This document shows positions 1-12,136 of a DNA stretch of 64,000 nucleotides, one piece after another. The position numbers and the translations under genes are program-made. The DNA is taken from NCBI GenBank assembly GCA_045837725.1, contig JBEWZL010000304.1, positions 62,001 through 126,000 of the forward strand, in the 5' to 3' direction. Origin of the DNA: Vermamoeba vermiformis. Its lineage: Eukaryota. Below the pieces are notes generated by a model. The model was given only the letters and a program-made list of their open reading frames with translations, was not told the DNA's origin and made no database searches. Position 1 is the first letter of the stretch; each line of letters begins with the position of its first letter.

Positions 1-243
1 TTCCTCTTTCTTTATCCATAATTAATTAATTATGATGGATTTTTTCTCGCACGTGCTGTTCTAAACAATCAAAAATAGAAAATGCTCCTAAAATCTATCG
101 GAAGTGGTTGGTCATAGCTAATTAATTATCTGCCAGTACAATGACTAACGTATACTGTAAGTATAGCAATGATAGGTTCAATCAAGAAGCGATGCGAACG
201 TTCCGTGTGGATGCGTTTATTTCTGATAGCGCCGCAAGAAAGC

Positions 244-1296
244 TTAGAAGAACAAGAAAGCAGCGAACAAGAGCATCGACGCGGATGTGATGACGGCATT
301 GCTGGCCTTAGGAGTGGCAGCAGTAGGGGTAGTGCTAGCTTGTGGCGCAGCGACTGGGGTCGGAGCGGTCAAAGAGCACACCAGAGGCGAGCTAGAAACG
401 CCCGTACCGTCCTTAACGGCAGCATTAGGGGAGAGGGTCTTGGGTCTGTTGACCTCTTGGCATTGGTTGGAGGTACTGCGCTTGCCGTTGTAAAATCTGA
501 GCGGGGTAAATCCGGATTTAGGCACGGGTTCGATTGCACTTAAAATAGAGCTAAAACTTACCTGGTAGGGCTGTCCAAAACGGTAATGATATCATACTCA
601 CCCTCAGGGCAAGGAGAGTAGATTTGGAAAGTAGCGCAGTCCTAAGCAGCAGATTAAGTATGACCTCATAAGTTAACGGCTTAAGAAACGTACCAAGGTG
701 CTAATATCAGAAGTAACGTTGACGGTAAAATTACTCTTGCAAAAAGAGGAAGCAGTTCCGGCAAAGGCAGTAGTTCTCTGTTCAAACGTTAGTTACACGA
801 TAGCGCGCGATCGGATTTACTTACGGGAGTGAGGGTCTTAGTGGTGTTGGACCAGAACTGAATATCGTAAACCTTCGCACCAGAGCCGTAGCAAGCAGTA
901 GCGTTGCTTTCCGCGGTAAATTGGTCTACCGATCGGATTTAGTAATTGAAACAGGGTAAATTCAATTATAAAATATTCAGGCTTACAAGTTCCCTCAGAG
1001 AAAAATTCGGCATTCAATTTATCCTCGGTACAGTTGGCGCCGCCGTAGAGCTTGGCAGTAACCATCCAGTGACCGTTAGCCTCGATCTCGTAGGTTCTGA
1101 AGTAGTAGAAAGGGACTAAAATAATAAAAATTAGTATAAATAAAGGTGCGCTAAAAAATACAGAAATAATAATTTACGTACTTCCAGGAGTAACTTGCTC
1201 GCAGTTATCGCTAACCCATTTACCACTAATGTCAGGGAAGGTTTGGCTCATAACAACGGCCGTCAAGGCAAGCACTAACAACAATACTTTCATCAT
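244..1296 (-). CDS. APCDD1-like secreted/GPI-anchored surface protein (multi-exon)
   Basis: Spliced reading gives signal peptide MMKVLLLVLALTAVVMSQ, then ISGKWVSDNCEQ...YYFRTYEI...W....LYGGANC...SEGTYQF...KTLTP...FYNGKR...RP. This follows the APCDD1 domain pattern (GxWVSxxCE, RxxxF, YxDxxC, LFNGQR) as I recall it. It ends in a Thr/Pro/Ala stalk and a hydrophobic tail (ASNAVITSASMLLFAAFLFF*). Confidence 0.6.
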
Positions 1297-2079
1297 TTCG
1301 TATATTTTAGTTGATTTGTGTTGTTTCCTAACAGATCAAAAAAATGGAAGTAGGCAAATAAGCGACAAAACCAAAAATGCCTCCAATCTTGGTGGAGATA
1401 TTAATGTGATTCATATCATACCTTAAAAAATGATTGGAATATATAGAATTGTAGAATTGCGTCAACTAATCAGATCGAATTAAGTATACCACGGTTTCGA
1501 TGAACTCAATCGGCGTTTTGTAAGGCAATAAAGCAACTTATTATTTTAGTCCGATGACCCGCCTTTACAAGTATCCCTCAATAGCGCGAGTTCAGATTTA
1601 GTTGTAACGATCTGCAGCATCTCGCCGTTTTTCCGCCAATCCATTTAAAATGCTTCCTTGCACCTATCTGGCATAATTACGCTATAATTCATGCATGGGT
1701 CGCTTCGTACCTCTGCGACGGACTCCACACAGTGAAACAAGAACACAAAGCGCAATTGATACCGCGCCTACTCCGAAATCTCGTCTATTGCACGCTATTA
1801 ATTTTAAATATTACATGCGCGATGCTATCCATGATATTGAAGACCAACTTAAAATTAGGTCAATTTTCAAACGGTTATTAAATTTTGAACGGTTCGGCAA
1901 CTTAGCCGATGACTATAATGAGCGTCCATATAAACCTATAAAGTAATATAATATTTGAACAATATTAGTACCTTTTGATTTAAAAGCAAGCAAGTCTAGA
2001 CGGTTTAATCAGATGTGTATGAGCATCCAGAACCGTGTAAAGCCACGTGAACTGGCGTGATTATATTTACGGAAATATT

Positions 2080-5000
2080 ATGGACGCAATACTACTGCGT
2101 AATATAATTAAAGCCGCGGTATGTGTTTGTGTTAATCGTGTGAGCTGACAAAATTTAAAAATAGCGCGTTTTAGATTATTTTGTTTACTTTCATTATATG
2201 ATGTACATAAGGCACCTATAAGTGCATATTATTAATGATGCACGTTGTATTTCGAAGCGCATCTATTTGCGCAATAATTTTATTTTGTTATTTCAGCAGT
2301 GGATACGCTCAAGGTCGGTTAAAAATATTCTAACAACAATATTTATACCGTTTATAATAGGCTGCCGTCAAGTTTGCGACAATGCGTACCCGAATACCAT
2401 CGGATTCGACTGCCCAACAGGATTGGGTGGCACTTGGGAGCCGTTGGATCCCTTGTACATTGTAAATTGATTAATCATAATAATTTTATATTAATTTTAG
2501 TATTAATTTTACTTATTAGTGCGAAAATAATTCGACACTGGGCTGTTCAACGTTGGATGTGACGAATATCGATACAGGTGTAAATAGTTCAATATGGTCG
2601 ATTCATTGTGATTGTGCTGATGGTTGGACCGGACAAACGTGCGGAAGTAAGCGAATTTAAATTGATTTAATATAATTTTAATCTTTACACGAGATCCAAA
2701 GTCAAAATTCTGAGAGGGATAACTTAAACACGTTAGATAACTTAGCTCACTTCAATTTTCAATGAAATTCCTTCCTTATATAGCAGTGACCCTCGTGCAC
2801 TGCACCCCCGTCCAAACAACCCTAAGAGACGACTGAGAGGCACTAGGTTGATCTCGAACTTGTCTAGCCCGAAGGTTGGACGAGTCCTGGATCGGGGGCG
2901 GCATGCTGCGCAACGTAGGGAGGCACTACTATATAAGGAAAATAGTTCACAACGAAAACTGGGCTAAGTTAAAAAACGCTCATGAGATATCCCTCTGAAT
3001 TTAATTTCTTTCGCTAACGCTCAACCTACGTTTCCAAATTTCCTAATTTGGTAATACAGTGTGCACAACTAACGACGCATGCACTCAAAACAACACTTTG
3101 ATTGAGTGCAATCGAACGCCTTCTCCGTACAAACGAAAAATACTCGAATGTTATCCGCAACGTACGTTCCTAAATCATATATATTATAGTACTATAGCAA
3201 TCAAGTTAATATTACTCGTCGTTAAATAGAGGATATCGTAAAGCAGTTGTTCGGCGAAGGCACGATCTCGTACATTTACGACGTAGAAGCAGCGCAGTCC
3301 CAGATTTATCGTAGGTTAATTTCTCACGTACATATTTAAATATGATGTTATGAATTCGAATACGCCATTTCTATACAAATTTAAGTTGCCTACATCCGGA
3401 TCATAATTTTTAAATCGATGTAGTGTGGAAGAGAACAGCAGGCCAGCCTTATAAAATTAACTGCACTATGTACGACTGTAAAGTTTCAGACGATGGAAAC
3501 AACAACGTCGTATTTGAATGCAATTCCATTGCTTGCACGTGCAATCCGGATCCGCTTTTGGTCAACTGTTCAGAAACGATTTGTAAGTCGTTATAACAGA
3601 TGATTACTATATTTAGAAATTATGATAGCTAATTCTTGTTAATAGCGCAATTTATCTTGGATAATCTTCGAGGCTATTCTAAATTTTCTTGCGAGAACAA
3701 AGAAAATCCAGTTTGTACCCTCGATCGTAAGCCAAATATAGATTCAACTTTCCTAAAAAGGAAATATTTTCTTAATATTACCTATTATAGAGGTCGATAT
3801 TCCCGTGCAAGTCAGTTTAAGTTGTTCTGCATCCGAGTGCGGAAAACCAACGGGCTTAGTAGCGACTGAAACTGATAAGGTATTTATAATAATTAGTAGT
3901 ACTATTGTCAAATAGTATATTATTAATATTAAACGGAATATTTGCTAATTGTAATTTGCATTTAGGTTACCGGCATCGTTTTGGGTGCGCTAGTTTTACC
4001 GATTGGCATAGCGGTGCTATTAATACTACCGTTTATTATATATGTTGCTGATATGAAACGAGACAGGTACGTCATAATTCATCTATTATTATTTGATATA
4101 CTCGAATGGGCATCGTACTGCTCAGACTGACGTCGTCGAAATATTTAAAAAATGAAATTTTGAAAAGTCCAATAATATTATAACATTGATAATAGGACTA
4201 TTTACCTTTCACATAATATATTGGTACTAATCTCGATAAATTTTGAGGTGTTAAATTCTGAAATTTCTACGGCGATATCAATAATACAGATTTTTCTATG
4301 CGTGTTATGTTTTCCACGAATATTTCGATCTAATTTAATTTGCAGGCCGGCAAACACAGCGATCAGTGCAGCAACAAAGGGCTCAACGCTCGAACTGATC
4401 AATGTCGAGTACAAAGTGACGATCAGATCTGGCAATTCGTGCCAGAAAGACGTGCAAAAGAAAACAGTGCTGAGAAATGTGAATATGAAGATCATGCCCG
4501 GTCAAGTCTGCGCTGTCATGGGCTCGTCTGGTGCTGGCAAAACGACATTGTTGGACATTATGAGTGACGTTGGCAAGCGCGGCGATGTCTTGGGCGATGT
4601 TTTGTTGGATGGAAAACCGTTGCCGAAACACTTCAAAAGAATTACAGGGTAATTACATTCGATCAATTTAGAAATCTTGTTCGTGTAAATGATTCACTGA
4701 AAAAAATTCGTTATTAATATTTGTTTGTACAGTTATGTTACGCAAGAAGAATGTTTGCTCGGAACATTAACAGTCACGGAACAATTGATTTATTCCGCAC
4801 AATTGAGATTGCCCAGCTCCGTGCCGTACTCGCAAATAGAACAAATAGTACGTCGAATCATTTTCTTTGGCGTACCTAGTACTAACTTTCCTTATTAGGT
4901 AAGCAATGTCATTGCCGATCTTCGCTTGAGCCACGTGGCCCACACGCTTATCGGAGATACCTCCGTCCGCGGATTGTCTGGTGGTGAACGACGCAGGTAC

Positions 5001-7317
5001 GTCACGTCGATCAAATGCAACGAAATTTCGCTAATTGTTCCGCGGTGCAGAGTGTCTATTGCGACGGAACTAGTGACTTACCCGCGCATTTTGTTGTTGG
5101 ACGAGCCCACCTCAGGTCTTGACAGCTACAACGCGACAGTAGTGATGCAATTGTTGCAAGATTTGGCCAAAAAGCGCAACTGCAGCATTATTTGCAGCAT
5201 TCATCAGCCGCGACGCATGATCTATCAAATGTTCGATGTGCTCGTGTTGTTGTGGAACGGCAATGTGGTGTATCACGGACCTGCGCAAGAGGCCATGAAT
5301 TTCTTCGCCGAGCAAGGATTCAAGTGTCCGGAATACGAGAACCCTGCGGACTATATGCGTAAGTATTTTAATTGATATGACACTACGAGCCAGTTGACCC
5401 GTGAAAAATTTATGACACGTGAGGATTCGAAATGACACGTGTCAAGTTTGGATGTCATTCTTTGACCTGCTCGCAAAAAGTCGACTAAATGACAGTATTT
5501 GATTTGACACGTGTCAAACGTAGACCTTCACTTGACATTTTTCACAACGTTGTGAAAAACGCCGTAGATGACACTTTGACACGTGTCATTTGTTGAAGTT
5601 CTGTTACTGACTCGTATTTTGTGTTCATAGTGTCAGTTGTCAATGAAGAGAGCGAAGAACAATTGCAAAAATTGACCAGTGCCTATGAAGAATTGCGTTT
5701 GCAGCCTGTTGAAAAATTAGCGTCGAGCATTGCTAACGTGGATGAAATTGACGGTGAAAAACATAATAATGATGACGATAAAGAGGTGTTAGTCAGCATG
5801 GATAAGTTCCCAAAGCAAAACGATGAACCGCAAGGTACGAAGAATTAATTAATTTTTCCTTTTTTGGAAATATTTTTACTTTCCGGATCTGACCTCGTTC
5901 TTTCTTGCAGAAAAAGCTAGCGCTAAAGAAGCGAGATATTCATCGTCTTGGGACAAACAATTCCTAGTATTGGCTCATCGTAATGTAAGTACCAAATTAC
6001 TCTCAGATTTAATACAAACGTAATATTAGGGAACTTTCTTTTTCGCTAAAAAAATAGCAATTTGATAAGTCTAACAATCAATTTTCCTAATTAGGCAGTT
6101 AAAATGTGGCGTAATCCAGCGTTATTAAGAACGCACTTAATTATGTACGTATTAGCTACTACTAAGTAATGTTGAATATATGAGGTCTAATAGTAATCAT
6201 ATTAATATAGTACGGTGGTTGTAGCAGTGTTCATCGGAGTTATTTTCCTCAATCTCGCCAATGACGTGGCAGGATTCCAAAACAGACTAGGAATGATTTT
6301 CTTTTCATTGATTTTGTTCGGATTTGGTTGCTTGAGTGCCATTGATTTGTGTAAGTCCGGATCCAAAATTTGACACTTTTGACACTTTGACACTTACGAA
6401 TTTTTTGGGCTTTTTCACGTGCTCAATTAACATTTTTTGACACTTTTGACACGTTCGGAATTGATATTAATAATATTTCCTTTTTTAGTCATTGGCGATC
6501 GCGTCATGTTCAAAAAAGAACGCGCGAATGGATGTTATTATACGTCCTCGTATTATTTGTCGACGATGTTATCGGATCTGCTGCCGCTACGAATCATTTT
6601 CCCGTTGATTTACGGCGTGGTAGTCTATTGGATGGCTGGATTCGTTGGTGACCCCGAGCACTTTTTGAAGTTCATTTTCGTGTTTTTGTTGTTCAACATG
6701 GTCGTGGCCTCCATGTTCTACGTCATTAGCATTGGCGTGCCTTCTGTCACAGGTAATTTTAAAAAATATCTTACTCACACTTTCCTTATTAGGAAACATA
6801 AATAATACTATTAATAACAATAACAATAACATAGAATAATATTAATATTCTTAAATAATGCCTTAATGAGAAAAAATTTTTGGATCAAGCGAGATCTGAC
6901 GGTTTTTTTTTTTGACAGTTGGAAGCATCGTCAGTGCAGCGATTTTATTGTTCCTGATGCTATTCAGTGGCCTCTTAGTCAACAACGATAGTATTCCTAT
7001 TTGGCTCATTTGGCTGCGTTATCTGTCGTTCTTCAGCTACGCATTCGAATCAATCGCTGCAAATGAATTGACCGGACTGAATTTATCACTGAGCGTGCAA
7101 GGCTACGGATCCGTTGATATAAGTAAGACTATAACAAACATATTAATATAACGGTGCTAATAGTGTTGTATTTTTAGGTGCGAATGTGTTTTTGGTGGCG
7201 TTCAGTTTGAATGCGGACAATTATTGGCGCAATGTGGGTATTTTGGCTGGCATGTTCGTCGTGTTGAATATTCTCGCCTACATTTTACTGCGATTTGTAC
7301 GAAAGCCCAAGCAATAA
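2080..7317 (+). CDS. ABCG half-transporter with Cys-rich/EGF-like N-terminus (yeast ADP1-like architecture), multi-exon
   Basis: Walker A GSSGAGKTT (~4519), signature LSGGERRR (~4974), Walker B LLLDEPTSGLD and SIHQP H-loop. ABC2 membrane domain (KKERANGCY; WLRYLSFFSYAFE). N-terminal CDCADGWTGQTCG/CTTNDAC plus a TM helix before the NBD. Start codon uncertain; stop TAA 7315-7317. Confidence 0.9.
2705..3002. repeat. ~300 bp imperfect fold-back (MITE-like) element inside ABCG intron 2647-3059
   Basis: Nested inverted pairs: AATTCTGAGAGGGATA/TATCCCTCTGAATT, TAACTTAGCTCA/TGGGCTAAGTTA, TTCCTTATATAGCAGTG/CACTACTATATAAGGAA, CCCCCGTCCA/TGGATCGGGGG. The core is GC-rich in an otherwise AT-rich intron. 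Confidence 0.75.
5430..5591. repeat. Symmetric 162 bp intronic element with three TGACACGTGTCA palindromes and perfect 16 bp terminal inverted repeats
   Basis: AAATGACACGTGTCAA (5430-5445) is the exact reverse complement of TTGACACGTGTCATTT (5576-5591). TTTGACACGTGTCAAA (5503-5518) sits at the exact centre. A 22 bp perfect palindrome TTTTTCACAACGTTGTGAAAAA lies at 5538-5559. Confidence 0.8.
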
Positions 7318-7703
7318 AAATTACAGCAATGTTAAAAACTCCCTCCTATGACTACCATTTCATGTTGCATGCACGTCCGCAGCAGTACAAGTCTTAATTC
7401 CTCGACATTAGCCGGTGAGTAATTGACACGTGTCAATTTTGAAAGTTTCAAAAAAACTTTGGTGCGCTTGAGCTAAAAATATTCGATTTTTGCTTTTTAT
7501 TAAAAAAGGATATGAGTAATTTTTTCTTGAGATACAACATAACAAAGTACGTGCCACATCTACCACCAAATTAGGAAATATTTCTATTTTTCTATTTCTG
7601 AAGGTGAAACGGTTAGATTTTGAAACGATGGATACCGGTATTTATTAATTCTTGCTAATAGATAATAGTTGTCACATTTAAAGCAACCGTACGTCACTCT
7701 TCA

Positions 7704-10700
7704 CTAGTGCTCGTCACCAAATACTTTCTCATTCAGTTCTTTTAGTTGTTGCTGCACGTTAGTTCGCCATCTGTCAATGTTGCAAATTTGCACTCGTTGC
7801 AATGACGGGCACTTTTCTTTGAGTAAATTGATTGTTTCCTCGTCAGTTTTGACACTTGCAGTTCTTAAGACTTGAACGTTTTTCAGCAACGCTGCGTATG
7901 CCTTCAAATTATCAGCATCGATATGGGTGATATAAAAATCTTTCAGCGAGTCAGATTGGTGCTGCAGTATTGCCTTCAATAAATCTTTAGCTTCGTTGAG
8001 TTGTTCTCGGCCGGAGTAATGAAATCTCTTCAATTTTTTCTTCGTTAAGAATTTGACGAGCAAATCTTCAGGCAATTGATCGTCGGTCACTATTAAGGCC
8101 TCTAAAGTTCGACACTTTGATAACTGATTGAATAATTTGGTCAATTCATTTTTATAATTGAATTCTTCTTCGGTCCACTGGCTCCTGATTTTGACGGTTT
8201 TCAAACTGGTGCATTGAGCTAATAATAAATATTATTAATATTATTAATATTTAAAAAAATAATTCTGATTTACTTTTCTAAATTACTTACGAATAATTTT
8301 AATGGCGCGTTCGATAATACTTTTGATCAACTCGTTATCGACCGTTAAATTAATCTCCAATGATTTGCAAGTCGTCAAGTCTTCTTGGCTAATTTCTTTG
8401 CAATATTTGTCGTAATTTTCATGCAACCGTTGCCACTGAAACCAAATTGTTAGCATTTCGGCCTCATCGAAGGTGCAATAAAAAATATTAGTAAATCTTA
8501 CTCGTCTTGTTTCAAATTCAGTCTTCTCCGTTAAAAACTGTTCTTTTAACAGTTTGTTGGTTTCGCCTTTAGAAAAATAAGTTCAATTATTGTAATAAAA
8601 ATAATTAAATTTTCTTGGAAGCTTACGCCTAATTTCTAATACTTGAGCTTGCTTCTCTTCGGACAATTCATTGATCGGAATATCTTCGCCATACTTTGCG
8701 ATGAATTTGTCAATTGTTTCCGAATCAAGCTTAGTTGTGCCGTGATAGTAATACGCTTCTTCGGTCAAACAAACGTTCATCCAAGTTGCGGCCAATTCAT
8801 CTCCTTCGAGTGCTTGCAAATTAGTCTGATACGTTGGCTCAAATTGTTCAATCCTGAAGCAATACATATCTATTAGTTACTGCTAGTAAGGCTATTTCTA
8901 AAATGCATTCGTCTCGGATACAAAAAATTGATGAAATTTCGCGGAAAAAGTTTTCGCTGTAATTTGGTGGTGATGGCGTACCTGGCATCCAATTCATGTT
9001 CCTTTTCATCGGCTACGCTTTGCCACTCATTGCTGCGTGGATTAACAATAGTTTCTTCTTTTTTTATTTCGTCAATTTGTGCGTGCCTTATCGCGGTGTT
9101 AATGAATAATTGACTATCGTCGTCGATTTTCGCAAGGCCCGGAATTTGTTGCTAAATTAGGATAAAAAATTAGTACTATAAATTACCTTATTTAGCCAAT
9201 GTTTTTACCTTCAGCAATTCATTCAAGGGCGTATACTCCTCACTTTCATCGATAAAATTGTTGAGCAAGCCACAAATATCTTCATCGTCAAGACTTTCAT
9301 CAGCGAACATATTTTTCTTCTTTTCAGGCTCTTGTGGCGAATATTCGCTCAAATCTTCGTCTTCAACACTGCTGTCTTCATAACTACTTTCATAAGTCTC
9401 GCACTCGCTGTCCGAATACATCATCAATTCGTTCTCGTTCAGCCACTCGTGCTCGCGATAGAGTATATTATGGGAATCATATCCGTTGTCTATAGTCATG
9501 GATATCAATGCTTTTTGAATGTCACTCGAATCAACGTCAATGCCGTTAGTATTTTTCGCTGTCGGATCTTGCTTCTTATTTTCGATGATCGTACTAATAA
9601 CGGTTTTAATATAATCACGAAGCGTCTCAATAGCATATCCTATATTAAAGTTATTAGTATTAGGCTTTATTAGTGAGTTAATTATGAGTACCTGTAGCAT
9701 TTGGCGAGGCAAAAGCCATTCCAGCTCGGCGCATCAATTTAAACATCGATTGGTTGACTGGATTTATAGGTTATTATGATATAATTAAACGTTTAATTTC
9801 ACTTACGAGCAAGCCAATCTGGCAATTTTGGGCCGTTTGCATCCAGATCAGCGTTGAACAGAAAGAAAAAAGAGCTTTCTGCAACGGTTAATTGCAGGAA
9901 GTGTTGCTCAATATTATATACTAGATCAATATTAGTATCTTGCTAGCAATAGTTGAGGGAGTTGTGGCAATTACTTACCTGAATAAATAGTTGCCAAATA
10001 AGGAAAATTCTGCGAAACGAGTTCATGCAGATATAATACATCGATAATGCCTATCATATATAAGGCACATATGATGTGTTGCATGCAGACGATCGAATCG
10101 AGATTAAAAGCTTGTTTGACAAGTTCAAAAAATTGTTCAGCCTCGGATGCGCTCTTTGATAGACTTGATGAACATGAGCAATTCAATTTCTTTATCAAAT
10201 CGTAAGTTAGACCTCAGAATAATACCATGTAATATAAGTGGGCTTACGCTATGTTTAGGGACTTCGTAATCGAGAGCAGGCATGTGACCAGCGGCAGCTC
10301 CGCTCAAGATTTGTAAAAAGAGGCCAAATTGGTCCGAGCCCGATATTTCTCTAAAAATATCACGTTAGACCAAGCGAATCATTATTTTCCGCTCTACAAG
10401 GTCGTCATTTAAATTTCAAGATCTTGGTCTGTCTACTTCAATTAATTACCTGAGAAAAGCTAATGTAGCATCGTGCTCCAAATACTGAGGCTCCATATCA
10501 ACACTTTCATCATCTTCTTCGTCTTTTGCTTCCTCCGAAACCGACGAGATCCGATTTTCATTATCGGAATTTTCGCTCGATTCCTCTTGCGATTCTACGG
10601 AGGAATTATTATTATTTTCTTCTGTAGATACATCGTCATCGTCATCGCTATTTTCTTCTTCGTTCTCCGATTCTGGATTTTGTTGTCGTTTTAACCGTGA

Positions 10701-11571
10701 TTGTTGAGTGCCGTCCAACTTCAAAAACAACTCAAATTGCAATTTTTTCCACCAACAATCGATCGCTAACTCTCTGTAATTCACGCTCGGATCGTAATTC
10801 TCTTTTGAAAGTTCTAGAGGCCTCGGCCAGTACCATTCAGGGCTGTAACCCGCTAACTGACCAAGTGGTTAATATTAAAAGAACATGTAATAAACTAAAA
10901 ATTCGACAAGCTCCCTCCGAGTCAGATTAGCGTATTTTTGTTAAAAGAAATTTATGGCCTAGCAAAAAATAATTGTTCGTATTTGCACTTGTCCCGGCAC
11001 AAAATTACCTCTTCACATTCTCTCTCCGATTGTATGTACGTAGTGGGCGAATTGTAAAGTTCTTGTTGCGCCCTTATCGAATCCAGCGTCAAGTCGGCAC
11101 CATCCAGTTTGTTCATGTTTTCCCAAAATTGAACATCCTCCACTGACGCTCTTATATCAATATGTTGCATGTATTGGTATGGTTACTTACACGTTAATAA
11201 CGAATTGTTCTTAACAGTAGCGCAGGTGACGTGGAATTTGGATTTTAGGTAGATCGAGTGCCACAAACGATTTTCATTCGCTGATTGATCTATATAATCG
11301 TTGAATATTTTGCAAGTCATAGATAATATTTGCGTGGCTATAGGATCATCAGCAAAAGACAGGATGTGAGTAAAAATCTCTCTTGGCAAGCTGCTAAAAT
11401 AATCATGTAGTGCATGATTTTCTCCTGAATTTAATTCATCTAAATATAGCGTTAATTTGATTTTTGCGATTTTTTCGCGGTATTAATTTATTTTTTACCT
11501 GGATCTACTTTTCTTCTCTTCTGCGGGCGATCTTCAGCACCACCATCCCTGGATTTTCTCTTCGTGCTCAT
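7704..11571 (-). CDS. F-box protein with acidic linker and C-terminal LRR-like region (multi-exon)
   Basis: NLS-like start MSTKRKSRDGGAEDRPQKRRK; F-box FSSLPREIFTHILSF...LSMTCKIFN...LWHSIY; D/E-rich stretches; C-terminal LSKCRTLEAL / LKEKCPSLQRVQI LRR-like motifs. Joining all exons into one gene is inferred. Confidence 0.65.
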
Positions 11572-12136
11572 AATTTAATGTTATGAACGGTTGTGTTTTG
11601 TACAAAACGGTGACTAAATCACCAAAAGGTTTGTGCCCGCCTTTTAAATAACAATCGTTCGTGTATTTTAACGAAACGACCAAGTCCAAGTGACCAATCG
11701 TCACGAAGAAATTTCAGAGTACCTTCGTTGGTGCTATACTTGTAAGTTATTTAGCGTAATCGTTGTAATATTTGGTTCCAGAGCCAATCTTTTCTGAACG
11801 GACAAATCTCAGTTCTATGTAATGATCAACTCGACTTTAATGAGATACAAAAAACAATGCAGCTAGAGTAGCTGTTCTGAGGAAACTCAGGTTGCGATAA
11901 TAGTTGATTATGACAACCTTGCCTAGAAGTAACGAAATTTCGTAATCAATCTCTCCCGTACTATTTGATTGACGAAACCTTGTCATATGATAGAGATTTA
12001 ATTGCTAAATCTTTCCAAAACCGGCTAATTAAGCTTACGATTGACCTAAGTAACTAAGCATTTTTAGATTTATCGCATAATGTACACTGTTGGGCCATCA
12101 AAATCTTCTCCAACTGAGCAAACGGCGCCACCAAAA

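Noticed and set aside
1695-1946. 83 aa ORF upstream of the ABCG gene
   Set aside because: No recognisable motif. It could be an upstream exon or chance, and cannot be supported.
5430-5591. CRISPR-like regularly spaced palindromes
   Set aside because: Repeats are only 12-16 bp, there are three units, they are intronic and arranged symmetrically, and no cas genes are present.
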